Shown: positions 9,205 through 20,584, numbered from the stretch's first letter. The stretch: DNA of 64,000 bases from an uncultured Alphaproteobacteria bacterium (GCA_963823115.1 CAWGKJ010000015.1:70795-134794), one strand, 5' to 3'. The notes: generated by a model from the sequence alone, not told the origin. Made by a program: numbers and translations.

Positions 9205-9741
9205 TCACTCCGAATGAACGGGAGGATCCGGATCCTCATCCCATCCGGGTTCGTCCGGAGCGAATTGCTTCAGCCATTTATCAACCCAGACCACGTGATC
9301 TCGTTCATCCGCGGCCATTTGCGCCGCAAGCGCGGCGATCTGGGGATCGGTCGCGGCGGCCGCGATGGCTTCGAAATACGTGACCGCACGCTCCTCGTTG
9401 AACCGCGCCAGCATCAGGGCGCGGTAGGGCGTCATCAAGTAGTGGACGCCCTCGAAATCAGTGGCTTCAGGACCTTCCGGGCCGGTCCAGGTAAAGCTGG
9501 CCGGACGGCCTTCGACGAGGGCGTCGCCCGCGCGGCGGGCGATCTCATTGCGGTGTTCGGCCTCGATCAGGGCCATCTTGCGAAAAATCGCGGCGATCTC
9601 CCTGTTGTTGTGCACCTCCATCTGGTCGGCCAACAGGTTATAGCGCTCGGTGGCTTCCTCTTCGATGGCAAGAGCTTGCGCGAAAAACTCGGCAACGCTG
9701 TTGAATTTTGGCAGCTCGTTCGGTTGCTGGGAACCGGTCAT
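9205..9741 (-). CDS. Rubrerythrin/ferritin-like di-iron protein without rubredoxin domain
   Basis: ALAIEEEATERY...EAEH...EERAVTYF...ERDH (two ExxH motifs). ATGA overlap with korB. Confidence 0.8.
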   Translation of the reverse strand: MTGSQQPNELPKFNSVAEFFAQALAIEEEATERYNLLADQMEVHNNREIAAIFRKMALIEAEHRNEIARRAGDALVEGRPASFTWTGPEGPEATDFEGVHYLMTPYRALMLARFNEERAVTYFEAIAAAATDPQIAALAAQMAADERDHVVWVDKWLKQFAPDEPGWDEDPDPPVHSE

Positions 9742-10568
9742 ATAGCGAACTCGGCTTCGAGGTGGGACGGATCCAGGTGAGCCAGCGGCTTGGGTTGATA
9801 GGGTGCGCGATTGCCGCGGTAGAGAACGCCGATATTGAAGCCATCATCGGTCATCAGGCGGCGCGCGGCACGTGCCGGATCGTCCGTCTCCGGCACGATC
9901 GCTTTATGGACGAGAGTCTTCCAGCCCTTCTGCTGGTCTTCGCGAAACGTGACGCAGGGACTCAGAATTTGCACAAAGGAAAACCCCGGTGTCTGAACGG
10001 CGTCGACGATCAGTTTGGCGCAGCCGCCGACGTCGCCTGAAAAGCCGCGCGCGATGAAATTGGCACCGGAAGCGAGCGCGACCACCAGCGGATGAAACGG
10101 ACTGAGACCGGTGCCGCCCGGTGCGATGGCGGTGTCCCAGTCGGACTCGGTCGTCGGCGATGGTTGCCCCTTGGTCATGCCGTAGATGCGGTTATCCATG
10201 ACGATATAGGTCAGGTCGATATTGCGGCGGCAGGCGTGAAGGAAGTGGTTGCCGCCGATCGAAAAGCCGTCGCCGTCGCCGCTGGCGACGAGGACGGTCA
10301 AGTCGGGACGGGCCACTTTAAGTCCGGTGGCAAGGGCCAGGGAACGGCCATGGACACCGTGAAAGCCGTAACAGTTTGTATAAGCGGGGATACGCGACGA
10401 GCAGCCAATGCCCGAAACGATTGCGACCTGTTCCGGCGGAAGCGCGAGTTCGGCCAACGCCCGCTGGAAGGAACTCAGCACCGCATGGTCGCCGCATCCC
10501 GGGCACCAAACCGGCTTGACCCCCGACTTGTAATCGGCAGGCGTGAAGGTATTCGGGATCATGTTCAT
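9738..10568 (-). CDS. korB: 2-oxoglutarate:ferredoxin oxidoreductase beta subunit
   Basis: WCPGCGD, SGIGCSSR, HGVHGR, GDGDGFSIGGNH. Located next to bcr genes. Confidence 0.88.
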   Translation of the reverse strand: MNMIPNTFTPADYKSGVKPVWCPGCGDHAVLSSFQRALAELALPPEQVAIVSGIGCSSRIPAYTNCYGFHGVHGRSLALATGLKVARPDLTVLVASGDGDGFSIGGNHFLHACRRNIDLTYIVMDNRIYGMTKGQPSPTTESDWDTAIAPGGTGLSPFHPLVVALASGANFIARGFSGDVGGCAKLIVDAVQTPGFSFVQILSPCVTFREDQQKGWKTLVHKAIVPETDDPARAARRLMTDDGFNIGVLYRGNRAPYQPKPLAHLDPSHLEAEFAI

Positions 10569-12295
10569 GCGCGTGCCCCTCTCTGAATATATGCGAAGGC
10601 CTCGCCCGGCCGGATCGGCAGCGGGCCGGGACAGTGAATCGGGATGACGTCGTGGGGCAGATCGTAATGAGCGCGCAGATAGCGCCAGAACTGTCCGGTG
10701 TGATTTTGTTCGATCACAAGGATGCGCTTCACACCCTCAAGCGCGGCCGCCAGCCGTGCCGGTTGAACCGGCGCGATCAGGCGCAGCGCGATCAGCTTGA
10801 CCTTGATGCCGGCAGCACGTGCCGCGGCGACGGCTTCGCGCAAGGGCTCGCTTGATGAGCCCCAGGTCAGAACGGCCAATTCGCCTTCGCCATCGATCTC
10901 AGCCCAGTGCGCGCCAAAGTCGAAAGCCTCCAGCTTGCGTTGGCGCTTGTCGAGCTGGCCGACATGGTCCTTGGCCTGGCTCGAAGGCGTGCCCCGCGCA
11001 TTATGGGTAAGACCGTCGGCCGTATACTGGCCGCCGGGAAGGCCCGGTATCGCCATTGGCGAAACGCCCAATTCGGTTGCGGCATATCGTTCGTAATGAT
11101 CGAGAGGCGCTTCAGGGACCAGGCGTTTGGTCTGGAAGGCAACGTCTTCCGGTTTGTCGATAACGACGCGGGCCTGGCCGAGGGACTGGTCGGAAAGCAT
11201 GATGACCGGCGTCTGGAACGTTTCGGCCAGATGAACCGACCATTGCGCGGTCAGAAGGCAGTCACCGACGGAGAGGGGTGCCGTTACGATATGGGGAGCA
11301 TCACCATGCAGACCATAGACAGCGATGTTGAGGTCGCTTTGCTCGGATTTTGTTGCAATGCCCGTCGAAGGCCCGGAGCGCATCACATCGACGACGACCA
11401 TCGGAATTTCGGACGCCACGGCGAGGCCGAGAGATTCGATCATCAGGGATAGGCCGGGACCGGCGGTCGCGGTCAGTGATGGAGCGCCACCATAGCTCGC
11501 GCCCATAATCATGTTGATCGAAGCGAGCTCGTCCTCGGCCTGCACCAGCACGCCGCCGGATTGCGGCAAAGCGTGCGCCATCCACTCGAGAATTTCGGTT
11601 GCCGGTGTGATCGGATAACCCGCGACGAATTTGACGCCGCCCTTCAACGCGCCGAACCCGGTTGCCTCGTTGCCAGTGATCGACCAGCGATCTTTCTTTG
11701 GCGCGCCCGGCAGGGCAAGTTTGGTAAAGGTCACGTCCGGTGCCGCGTTCGCGCCGAGCAGAACCGCGCTTTCGCTGGCCGCCAGCGCTTCAGGCTTCTT
11801 GCGGCCTATCGATGCGGCGACCGCGGCGATGATGGCAGTCTCGGGCAGACCAATGAGCCGCGCCAGAGCGCCGAGGGCGACCATCGAAACACGCGCGCCC
11901 TTGATACTTTTTGCGAGCTTCGCCATCGGCACGAGCCCGACGGCGGCGCCGGTATCCTTCAGAAAGCCCGGCATTTCGCCAGCAGCGGGATCCGCAATGA
12001 TCAGGCTGGCGGAATCCAGCGGCAGCTCGTCGGCGAAACGCTGCACATTGTCGAAATCGAGGGCCAGCAGAATGTCGAACCGGTCATCGGGCGACTGAAC
12101 GGGCTTCGACGAAAGCCGGATCATCGCCGCCGCCTCGCCGCCCCTGATCTGCGGACCGGTCGAACGCGTCATAAAGCCATAGAGGCCACAACTCGTCGCC
12201 GCGTCGAGCAGCATCTGCCCGGCGGTCATAACGCCGGCGCCGCCCGATCCCGTTAGAACGATGGACAGCGAGGCCGAAGGAGTTGATTTAGTCAT
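10565..12295 (-). CDS. korA: 2-oxoglutarate:ferredoxin oxidoreductase alpha subunit (gamma-alpha fusion type)
   Basis: GSGGAGVMTAG, GPQIRGGE, GYPITPATEI, QAEDE, RSGPSTGIATK. ATG at 12295. Divergent from had, in the context expected for a Bcr electron-donor system. Confidence 0.88.
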   Translation of the reverse strand: MTKSTPSASLSIVLTGSGGAGVMTAGQMLLDAATSCGLYGFMTRSTGPQIRGGEAAAMIRLSSKPVQSPDDRFDILLALDFDNVQRFADELPLDSASLIIADPAAGEMPGFLKDTGAAVGLVPMAKLAKSIKGARVSMVALGALARLIGLPETAIIAAVAASIGRKKPEALAASESAVLLGANAAPDVTFTKLALPGAPKKDRWSITGNEATGFGALKGGVKFVAGYPITPATEILEWMAHALPQSGGVLVQAEDELASINMIMGASYGGAPSLTATAGPGLSLMIESLGLAVASEIPMVVVDVMRSGPSTGIATKSEQSDLNIAVYGLHGDAPHIVTAPLSVGDCLLTAQWSVHLAETFQTPVIMLSDQSLGQARVVIDKPEDVAFQTKRLVPEAPLDHYERYAATELGVSPMAIPGLPGGQYTADGLTHNARGTPSSQAKDHVGQLDKRQRKLEAFDFGAHWAEIDGEGELAVLTWGSSSEPLREAVAAARAAGIKVKLIALRLIAPVQPARLAAALEGVKRILVIEQNHTGQFWRYLRAHYDLPHDVIPIHCPGPLPIRPGEAFAYIQRGARA

Positions 12296-12583
12296 GATGC
12301 CCGCCTCTTCATTTCGCGCGCCCTCCTGTTTGGAGCCATTGTTGCGAATTATCCGCAAGTTCGAGAATCGGGTTGGTACGCAACCCTACAACGGAGTTGG
12401 TTGCGACCCGCGTGAGCAAAAAACGCGCCAACCGCGCGGGCTGGCGTCGAGATGTCGCTGCATTGGCACGATAGCGCTGATACAACGGACTTCTGTCGCA
12501 GGGCTTCTTGCGATGGGCGCCGGATCGATGATGGGCGGCGGGCCGGGAATAGGTCACTAACCGAAATCCGATTTATGGGGTTG

Positions 12584-12620
12584 CTTATTTGGTATTTCTA
12601 TACTAATTTACCAAAATAAG
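12584..12620. promoter_or_regulatory. AT-rich inverted repeat in the korA/had divergent promoter, candidate repressor operator
   Basis: CTTATTTGGTA-N14-TACCAAAATAAG. Confidence 0.5.
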
Positions 12621-12672
12621 AGGCGGACTGCAACAAGCAATCAAGCTGTCCGAGCGAAAATAGGGAAGCCCA

Positions 12673-13749
12673 ATGGTTCAGGGTATCGCGGCGCATCGCT
12701 GGATGATGACGGCGGTAAATCAGCCGATGGTTCGCGAGGCTTTTGTCGCGACGGCGGGCGAAGGCGAAGTTGTGGTCGCCGTCGCCGGCTGCGGCGTCTG
12801 CCATACCGATCTCGGCTATTTCTACGATGGCGTGCGTACAAATCATCCCTTGGCGCTGGCACTGGGCCACGAGATTTCGGGGCGGGTTGTCGCAACCGGC
12901 AGCGGTGCCCAATCGTGGCTCGGTCGCGCCGTGATCATTCCTGCGGTGCTGCCCTGTGGCGAATGCGACACCTGCAAACGCGGTCGTCCGAACATCTGCC
13001 GTAAACAGAAAATGCCCGGCAACGACATCCAGGGGGGCTTTGCCTCACACATCGTTGTGCCTGCGCGCGGCCTGTGCCCGGTAGACGAAGCGCGGCTTGC
13101 CAAACGCGGCCTTTCGCTCGCCGATGTCAGCGTTGTCGCCGATGCCGTGACGACGCCGTATCAGGCCGTCATGCGTGCCGGCGTCACCAACGGCTCGGTG
13201 GCGATCGTGATCGGCATTGGTGGCGTCGGCGGCTATTCGGCCCAGATTGCCAAGGCGTCCGGCGCCACCGTGATCGCCATCGATGTCGATCCGATCAAGC
13301 TCGCATCGATCGGCCAGCATGGAGCGAGTTTGACGCTCAATGCCCGCGAGCACGACATCAAGAGTCTCAAGGCGAAGATCGGCGAGTTCTGCAAGGCAAA
13401 CGGCCTGCCCTTGACCGAATGGACAATCTTCGAATGTTCGGGCACGGCGGCCGGACAGACCACGGCCTTTGGCCTCCTGACCTTCGGCGCGACGCTGTGT
13501 GTCGTCGGCTTCACGATGGATCGAGTGGAGTTGCGCCTCTCCAATCTGATGGCCTTTGATGCCCGCGCTCTGGGAAATTGGGGATGTCCGCCCGAACTTT
13601 ACCCGGCCGCGCTCGATCTCGTTCTCGATGGCAAGATCAATCTTGCCGCCTTTGTCGAACAGCATCCGCTCGACGACATCAACTCGATCTTCGCGCAGGT
13701 GCACGCCCACAAGCTCGCCCGCCGCGCGGTTCTCGTTCCCCAGCAATGA
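12673..13749 (+). CDS. had: 6-hydroxycyclohex-1-ene-1-carbonyl-CoA dehydrogenase (Zn-dependent)
   Basis: [42 protein letters not shown]. Confidence 0.93.
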   Translation: MVQGIAAHRWMMTAVNQPMVREAFVATAGEGEVVVAVAGCGVCHTDLGYFYDGVRTNHPLALALGHEISGRVVATGSGAQSWLGRAVIIPAVLPCGECDTCKRGRPNICRKQKMPGNDIQGGFASHIVVPARGLCPVDEARLAKRGLSLADVSVVADAVTTPYQAVMRAGVTNGSVAIVIGIGGVGGYSAQIAKASGATVIAIDVDPIKLASIGQHGASLTLNAREHDIKSLKAKIGEFCKANGLPLTEWTIFECSGTAAGQTTAFGLLTFGATLCVVGFTMDRVELRLSNLMAFDARALGNWGCPPELYPAALDLVLDGKINLAAFVEQHPLDDINSIFAQVHAHKLARRAVLVPQQ

Positions 13750-14873
13750 CAGGACTCCTCAAGATGCCCCAGCCCCATCTCGTCGATCACGATATCGTCG
13801 CCTTTGAGCCAGTCGCGGGCGTTATCTATGAGAAGCGCCCGGCGCGCGGCGCTGATGGCAAGGTCGTGCCGGGCCTGTTCAACGCCTGGATCTGGCTCGA
13901 CAATCCCAGCCAGTTCAATTCCTACACAACCGATATGGTGAAGGGCGTAATTCGCGCCTTCCGCGCCGCCTCCAATGCGCGCGATGTCGTCGCGGTAGTC
14001 TTCACCGGCGTGGGCGACAAGGCGTTCTGCACGGGCGGAAACACCGAGGAATACGCGGAGTACTACGCCGGCAATCCGCAGGAATACCGCCAGTACATGC
14101 GTCTGTTCAACGACATGGTGTCGTCGATCCTCGGTTGCGACAAGCCCGTGATCGCGCGCGTCAACGGCATGCGTATCGGCGGCGGCCAGGAAATCGGCAT
14201 GGCATGCGATTTCACCATCGCCCAGGATCTGGCCCGGTTTGGCCAGGCTGGTCCCAAGCACGGCTCGGCCGCCATCGGCGGCGCGACGGATTTTCTTCCG
14301 CTGATGGTCGGCGCGGAACGTGCGATGGAATCCGGAACCCTGTGCGAGCCGTGGTCGGCGCACAAAGCCTATCGTCTCGGCGTCGTTCTGGACATCGTGC
14401 CGGGGTTGAAGGTGGATGGCGTGTTCGTCGCCAACCCGCTGGTCGAAACGCAACGCTATCTCGACGAATATGGCCGCATCGTGCACGGCGAGCCCCTGAC
14501 CGGTGCAGCCCTGACGGCAGGCAAGGCAGTGGTGGCGCGCGGCGTTGTCGATCTGTCGCTGCTTGATGCCAAAGTCGAGGCGATGTGCACCAAACTGATG
14601 ACCACGTTCCCCGAATGCTTGACCAAGAGCTTCGAGGAACTGCGCAAGCCGAAGCTCGACGCCTGGAATCGCAACAAGGAAAACAGCCGAGCGTGGCTCG
14701 CCCTCAACATGATGGCGGAGGCCCGGACGGGATTCCGCGCCTTCAATGAAGGCCCGAAAAACGAGCGCGAAATCGATTTCGTCGCCCTGCGCCAGCGTCT
14801 CGCCAACGGAGAGGGGTGGACCGAGGCGATGATCGAGGAGCTGATTCCGAAGGCGGGAGGGCACAAGGCGTGA
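13746..14873 (+). CDS. oah: 6-oxocyclohex-1-ene-1-carbonyl-CoA hydrolase
   Basis: [57 protein letters not shown] overlap with had. Confidence 0.95.
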   Translation: MTGLLKMPQPHLVDHDIVAFEPVAGVIYEKRPARGADGKVVPGLFNAWIWLDNPSQFNSYTTDMVKGVIRAFRAASNARDVVAVVFTGVGDKAFCTGGNTEEYAEYYAGNPQEYRQYMRLFNDMVSSILGCDKPVIARVNGMRIGGGQEIGMACDFTIAQDLARFGQAGPKHGSAAIGGATDFLPLMVGAERAMESGTLCEPWSAHKAYRLGVVLDIVPGLKVDGVFVANPLVETQRYLDEYGRIVHGEPLTGAALTAGKAVVARGVVDLSLLDAKVEAMCTKLMTTFPECLTKSFEELRKPKLDAWNRNKENSRAWLALNMMAEARTGFRAFNEGPKNEREIDFVALRQRLANGEGWTEAMIEELIPKAGGHKA

Positions 14874-15637
14874 GCAGCCCGCTGAAGGTTTGGCTCGAGC
14901 GCGACGGACGGTTGCTTCGCCTGAGGCTCGATCGTCCCAAGGCGAATATCCTCGATGCCGCGCTGGTCGGTGCGATCGAGAATGCTATCCGCCAGCATGG
15001 GACGGTTGCTGAATTGCGCGGCATTCTCATTGACGCTGCCGGCGGGCATTTCAGTTTCGGCGCCTCGATCGAGGAGCATCTGCCCGATCAATGCGCGGCG
15101 ATGCTCGCGAGCTTTCACCGGCTGATTCTGCAAATCTTTGCCTCGCCTGTTCCTGTACTGGTAGCGGTCCGCGGGCAATGTCTCGGGGGCGGCCTCGAAT
15201 TAGCGACCGCCGGGCATCTGCTTTTTGTCGGGCGCGATGCCAAATTCGGCCAGCCGGAGATTCAGATCGGCGTCATCGCGCCGGCCGCGTCCTGCCTGCT
15301 GCCCGAACGCATCGGGCTTGCGGCCGCGGAGGATCTTCTGTTTTCCGGGCGTTCGATCGATGCCGAGGAGGCTTTCAGGATCGGCCTCGTAACGGAAGTC
15401 GCCGACGATCCGGAAGCGGCCGCACTCGGCTACTTCGATCGGCATCTGGCGCCAAAAAGCGCAAATTCGCTGCGCTTTGCCGCGCGCGCGTCCCGGTATG
15501 GAACGACCGGAAGGATCGCGGCGAAACTCGCAGCGATCGAGAGGATCTATCTGGACGAATTGATGGTGACGCAAGACGCCGTCGAAGGCCTTTCTGCATT
15601 CATCGAAAAACGCCAGGCGCGTTGGAAGGATCGCTGA
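14870..15637 (+). CDS. dch: Cyclohexa-1,5-diene-1-carbonyl-CoA hydratase
   Basis: RPKANILD, HFSFGASIEEH, GQCLGGGLE, GQPEI. GTG start overlaps the oah stop. Confidence 0.92.
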   Translation: MSSPLKVWLERDGRLLRLRLDRPKANILDAALVGAIENAIRQHGTVAELRGILIDAAGGHFSFGASIEEHLPDQCAAMLASFHRLILQIFASPVPVLVAVRGQCLGGGLELATAGHLLFVGRDAKFGQPEIQIGVIAPAASCLLPERIGLAAAEDLLFSGRSIDAEEAFRIGLVTEVADDPEAAALGYFDRHLAPKSANSLRFAARASRYGTTGRIAAKLAAIERIYLDELMVTQDAVEGLSAFIEKRQARWKDR

Positions 15638-15638
15638 C

Positions 15639-16823
15639 ATGCTCGACAAAACGAAATCGGCAACAGCCAACATCGTGCAGCGCTGCGAAGACCTGTTCAC
15701 CGATCTGAATTTCGGTGCGGCGCGGGCCTGGAAGGCGGCGACGCCAGGCCGGAAGGTTATCGGGTTCATGCCGTATTACGTGCCGCGTGAAATCATCCAC
15801 GCAGCCGGAGCGCTGCCGCTCGGCATTTTGGGCGGCGGCGATCAGCTCGAAGTCATTCACGGCGACGCGTACTATCAGAGCTATATCTGTCGTATCCCGC
15901 GCTCGACCATCGAGCTTGGCGTCTCGGGTCGTCTCGATTTCGTCGACGGCATGCTCTTCCCTTCGATCTGCGACGTCATTCGCAATCTGTCGGGAATGTG
16001 GAGGTTGATGTTCCCGAAAGTCGCGTCCCGTTACGTTGACCTGCCGCAGACCTTCGAGGACGATGTCGGCGGCGAATTTTACAGGCACGAACTGAACGAG
16101 ATTCGCGAATGGCTGGCCAACATCACGGGCAAGCCCGTCACCGATGAGGCCATCCGGGCCTCGATCGTGCTCTTCAACGAAAATCGCCGGTTGGTGCGCG
16201 AAGCCTATGCGCTGCGAATGAAGGAGCCGTGGAACGTTCCGTCCTCGGAACTCTATCTTCTGCTGCGCGCCGGCCTCGCCCTGCCGGTGGAAGATCACAA
16301 CCAGCTGATGCGCGACTATCTTGATTTAGTGCGTGAGCAGCAGAGACCGATCAAGGACAATTGCCGGGTCGTGCTCTGCGGAGTCTTCTGCGAGCAGCCG
16401 CCGCTCAATCTGATCAAGTCGATCGAGCTTTCCGGCTGCTATATCGTCGATGACGACTTCATTCTCGTCACACGCTGGGAAAAATCCGCAGTTGCCACTG
16501 ACGGGGATCCGATCGCAAATCTCGCGCGTTCCTATCTGCACGATTCGATGTCGACCGCGCCGAAATACGAGCCGGATGAGGCCAAGAAGGGCATGTATCT
16601 CGTCGAGAGCGTGCGCGAGAACCGCGCCGAAGGCGTCATTTTTGCAATGCCGAGCTTCTGCGACCCGGCGCTCCTCGAACGCCCGATGCTGCAGAGCGTC
16701 CTGAAGAAACACGGCGTCCCCCAAATCGCGTTCAAATACGCCGAAAATTCCGGCCAGATGCAGCCCATTCGCGAACAGGCAGGGACATTCGCCGACTCGA
16801 TCAAACTGTGGAGCGGAGCATGA
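15639..16823 (+). CDS. bcrC: Benzoyl-CoA reductase subunit C (BadD homolog)
   Basis: HGDAYYQSYICRIPRSTIELG, SFCDPALLE, QAGTFADSIKLWS. Confidence 0.95.
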   Translation: MLDKTKSATANIVQRCEDLFTDLNFGAARAWKAATPGRKVIGFMPYYVPREIIHAAGALPLGILGGGDQLEVIHGDAYYQSYICRIPRSTIELGVSGRLDFVDGMLFPSICDVIRNLSGMWRLMFPKVASRYVDLPQTFEDDVGGEFYRHELNEIREWLANITGKPVTDEAIRASIVLFNENRRLVREAYALRMKEPWNVPSSELYLLLRAGLALPVEDHNQLMRDYLDLVREQQRPIKDNCRVVLCGVFCEQPPLNLIKSIELSGCYIVDDDFILVTRWEKSAVATDGDPIANLARSYLHDSMSTAPKYEPDEAKKGMYLVESVRENRAEGVIFAMPSFCDPALLERPMLQSVLKKHGVPQIAFKYAENSGQMQPIREQAGTFADSIKLWSGA

Positions 16824-18134
16824 CGACAATTATCACGCGACCCAAAGCCAAACCGGCCGACGTCATCAAGGACGCTTCCATGACGAAGCAGAAGGAGATG
16901 ATGGCCGGGCACTACGAGCGGCTGGCCAATGCGCCCGAGAGCGGCGAAAAGGTGGCTGCGACTTTCGTTCCGGGCAATCTCAACGAATTATTGATGTGCT
17001 TCGGTTTTGCCAACAATTTGCCCGAGGTCAACGCGATCCAGAACGGTCTGCGCAAGACGAGCGGGGGTTTCGTCATGGAAGCCGAAAAGCTCGGCCATTC
17101 CGAGGACGTCTGCACTTACGTCAAGTCCGACATCGGCATGATGGCCAAGGGCAATATCGGTCCCAACGGGCGCAAGCTCCCGGATCCGGACGTGTTGCTG
17201 TTGTCCTACACCGGCTGCTTCACCTTCATGAAGTGGTTCGAGTTGCTGCGCCAGCAATACAATTGTGAAACGATCATGCTTCACACGCCCTACCTGGCGG
17301 ACGGAAAAATCACCAAGGACATGGTCCAGTACATGGTGAAGCAACTCAAGCAGGATGTCATTCCAAAGCTCGAGAAGGTCTCCGGCGTCAAGTTCGACAT
17401 CGACCGGCTGCGTGAATATCTGCGCAAGTCGGCCAAGGCTGAAGATGATCTCGTGTGGGTGCTACAAAGCGCCAAGACCAAACCGTCGCCGATCGACGCC
17501 TATTTCGGGGGCATCTATTATATCGGGCCGATTTTTGGCGCCTTCCGTGGCACCGACGATGCAATCGACTACTATCGGTTTCTGCGTGAAGAGGTCGAGG
17601 AGCGCGTCGCGCAGGGCAAAGGCCCGGTCACGCCGGACGGGGACATGGGCAAGGAGCGATATCGCCTCGTTGTCGAGGGGCCGCCGAACTACACCAACTT
17701 CCGCCAGTTCTGGAAGATGTTCTATGACGAGGGGGCGGTGGTCGTCGCCTCGAGCTACACCAAGGTTGGCGGCACCTATGATTTCGGGTTCCGGCATAAC
17801 CCGGACCATCCGCTTGAAATCGCTCGCCGAATACTGCCTGAATGTCTACACCAATCGGAACCTGCCGATGCGCGTCGACATGCTGGAAAACTATGTCAAC
17901 GAATATGAGGCGGACGGGCTTCTGATCAACTCGATCAAGAGCTGTAACAGCTTCTCGGCCGGCCAATTGCTGATGATGCGCGAAGTGGAAAAGCGGACGG
18001 GTAAACCGGCGGCTTTCATCGAGACCGATCTTGTCGATCCCCGCTATTTCTCGGCGGCCAACGTCAAGAACCGGCTCGAGAGCTATTTTCAGATGATTGA
18101 ACAGAAACGCGCTGGCATGCGCGGTGCCGCCTAG
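16820..18134 (+). CDS. bcrB: Benzoyl-CoA reductase subunit B (BadE homolog), +1 frameshift at ~17818
   Basis: [32 protein letters not shown]. Continues in the next frame as SLAEYCL...[13 protein letters not shown]...NRLESY. Extra A in cttgaaatcg. Confidence 0.93.
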
Positions 18135-18142
18135 GAGAAGTC

Positions 18143-19456
18143 ATGCGCACCTTCATTGGGATCGACCTCGGCTCGACCACGACGAAAGCCGTTCTGCTCG
18201 ACGAAAACCAGGACGTCGTCGGACGCGGAATCACCAACTCGCGTTCCAACTACGGCACCGCGGCGCGCGTCGCCAGCGAGGAGGCGCGAATTGACGGACG
18301 TTTCACGTTGTTTCGCCGTGCCCTGAGTTCGGGCGAAGCCAACGGCGAGCGCGTTCAGGAGTTCCTGGGCGCCCTGGAACGAAACTTTCGTCTCGTTCAA
18401 TTCCTGGAACAGCTCAACGACCTGGAAGCGACCTGCATCGGGCAATTGCAGACCGAACGGTTCGCGAAAGTAGCCGAAAAAATGGGCGAGGCGCTGAACG
18501 AAGTGTTCCGGCGCCTGAAGGCCGAAGCGCCGGAGCTTTACGCCCCGGGCGCCAAGCGCAAGTCGGACTTTTTCCGCGATATCGCCGGTTCCCGCTTTCA
18601 CGTGCACGCCGAGGCGGTCGCCCGCGAGTCGGCCGTGCCGCACGATATATTGCTGAACGCCTACGACAAGTCGATCATCGAAGTCGAAAACAGGCCGCCG
18701 GCCGGCGACATGAGCGACAAGTTTCGTCGCGCCATGGCGCGCGTACTCGAAATTGACCCGCATCTCATCGACGGGTCGAACAATGTCCCGGGCACGATCG
18801 AGGATACGCTCGGCATCGAACTCGAAGAGACCTATCTGGTTGGCACGGGTTATGGGCGCGTCACGTTGCCGTTCTCCAAGGAGCATATCCGCTCGGAGAT
18901 TCTCTGCCATGGGCTCGGTGCCCACATGATGTATCCGAAAACCCGAACGGTCCTCGACATCGGAGGACAGGACACCAAGGGCATCCAGGTCGACAACGCT
19001 GGCATTGTCGAAAATTTCCAGATGAACGATCGCTGCGCGGCGGGCTGTGGCCGCTATCTCGGCTATATCGCCGACGAGATGAACATGGGTCTGCACGAAC
19101 TCGGGCCTCTGGCGATGAAGTCGAACAGGCCAGCGCGCATCAATTCCACGTGCACCGTGTTCGCCGGTGCGGAACTGCGCGATCGCCTGTCGCTTGGAGA
19201 AAAGCGCGAGGATATTCTGGCCGGCCTTCATCGCGCGATCATCCTGCGCGCGATCTCCATCATCTCGCGATCGGGTGGCGTGACGGATGAGTTCACCTTC
19301 ACCGGCGGCGTCGCCAAGAATGAGGCCGCGGTTCGGGAATTGCGCAAGTTGATCAAGGAAAATTACGGTGATGTGACGATCAACATCAATCCGGATTCCA
19401 TCTATACGGGCGCGCTCGGCGCCGCCGAATTCGCGCGTCGCGCGGTCGCTTCCTGA
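18143..19456 (+). CDS. bcrA: Benzoyl-CoA reductase subunit A (BadF homolog)
   Basis: [44 protein letters not shown] (ASKHA ATPase). Confidence 0.95.
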   Translation: MRTFIGIDLGSTTTKAVLLDENQDVVGRGITNSRSNYGTAARVASEEARIDGRFTLFRRALSSGEANGERVQEFLGALERNFRLVQFLEQLNDLEATCIGQLQTERFAKVAEKMGEALNEVFRRLKAEAPELYAPGAKRKSDFFRDIAGSRFHVHAEAVARESAVPHDILLNAYDKSIIEVENRPPAGDMSDKFRRAMARVLEIDPHLIDGSNNVPGTIEDTLGIELEETYLVGTGYGRVTLPFSKEHIRSEILCHGLGAHMMYPKTRTVLDIGGQDTKGIQVDNAGIVENFQMNDRCAAGCGRYLGYIADEMNMGLHELGPLAMKSNRPARINSTCTVFAGAELRDRLSLGEKREDILAGLHRAIILRAISIISRSGGVTDEFTFTGGVAKNEAAVRELRKLIKENYGDVTININPDSIYTGALGAAEFARRAVAS

Positions 19457-19470
19457 AACAGGAGAATTTC

Positions 19471-20313
19471 ATGCCCATCACAGCAGGGATCGACGTCGGA
19501 ACTGGCGCCATCAAGGTCGCGCTTTTCAATGTGGAAGGCGCCGCCGAAACGTGCCTTGTCAAGCGCGTTGACCGCATGCGCCAACGTGATCCGATGAAGC
19601 TCGCGGAACAAATGTACGATGACGCCCTCGCGGAGGCCGGTCTGAAGCGAAAGGACGTCGCTTATTGCGCGACCACGGGCGAAGGCGAGGCGCTGCATTT
19701 TCATACGGGCCATTTCTATTCCATGACCACGCATGCCCGCGGAGCGATTTATCTGCGCCCGGACTGCCGCGCCGCGCTCGATATCGGCGCCCTGCATGGC
19801 CGCGCCATTCGTCTCGACGAGCGTGGCAAGGTGCTCAACTACAAAATGACGAGCCAATGTGCGTCGGGCTCCGGCCAATTCCTGGAGAATATCGCGCGCT
19901 ATCTCGGCATCGCCCAGGATGAAATCGGCACCCTGTCGAAACAGGCCGACAATCCGGAGAAAGTGTCGGGCATCTGCGCAGTGCTCGCCGAGACTGACGT
20001 CATCAACATGGTGTCTCGGGGCATTACGGCGTCGAATATCCTCAAGGGAATTCACGAGTTGATGGCGGATCGCCTGGCTAAACTCCTGAAGACGGTCGGC
20101 GGGCTCGATGGAACTGTCCAAATGACCGGCGGTCTCGCGCTGGACGCCGGTTTGGTCGAGGCGATGAAAGAGTCGATGCTTCGGGAGAAGGTCAAGGTTC
20201 CGATTGAGAGCCATCCCGATGCGATTTTTGCCGGCGCCTTCGGTGCGGCGCTGTGGGGAGCTTTCCGGCACGACAAGCTGGCGCTCCTTGCCGAGCAAGC
20301 CACGGCCGCGTAA
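19471..20313 (+). CDS. bcrD: Benzoyl-CoA reductase subunit D (BadG homolog)
   Basis: GIDVGTG, HFYSMTTHARGA, KMTSQCASGSGQFLENI, CAVLAETDVINMV. Confidence 0.95.
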   Translation: MPITAGIDVGTGAIKVALFNVEGAAETCLVKRVDRMRQRDPMKLAEQMYDDALAEAGLKRKDVAYCATTGEGEALHFHTGHFYSMTTHARGAIYLRPDCRAALDIGALHGRAIRLDERGKVLNYKMTSQCASGSGQFLENIARYLGIAQDEIGTLSKQADNPEKVSGICAVLAETDVINMVSRGITASNILKGIHELMADRLAKLLKTVGGLDGTVQMTGGLALDAGLVEAMKESMLREKVKVPIESHPDAIFAGAFGAALWGAFRHDKLALLAEQATAA

Positions 20314-20338
20314 GCGTTGTTACAAAGGAGATCTCGAC

Positions 20339-20584
20339 ATGGCCCTTATGATCAATGAAGACTGCACCGCATGCGATGCGTGCAAGCCAGTCTGCCCGAA
20401 CGATGCGATCTCGTCGGGTGACACAATATATACCATTGATGCCTTGCGCTGCACGGAATGTGTCGGCGCCGAGGATGAACCGCAATGCAAGCTCGTTTGC
20501 CCGGCGAATTGCATTGTCCCCAATCCGGATTTTCCGGAGACGCCCGAGGAATTGCAGGAGAAATACGAACAGCTGCATTCCTGA
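20339..20584 (+). CDS. fdx: 2x[4Fe-4S] ferredoxin (YfhL/BadB type), likely electron donor to Bcr
   Basis: CTACDACKPVCPN and CTECVG...QCKLVCP. AAGGAG RBS. Confidence 0.93.
   Translation: MALMINEDCTACDACKPVCPNDAISSGDTIYTIDALRCTECVGAEDEPQCKLVCPANCIVPNPDFPETPEELQEKYEQLHS

Noticed and set aside
16820-18134. Programmed ribosomal frameshift in bcrB or other split genes
   Set aside because: No consistent slippery sequence or stimulatory structure. The many scattered +1 events are better explained by sequencing error.
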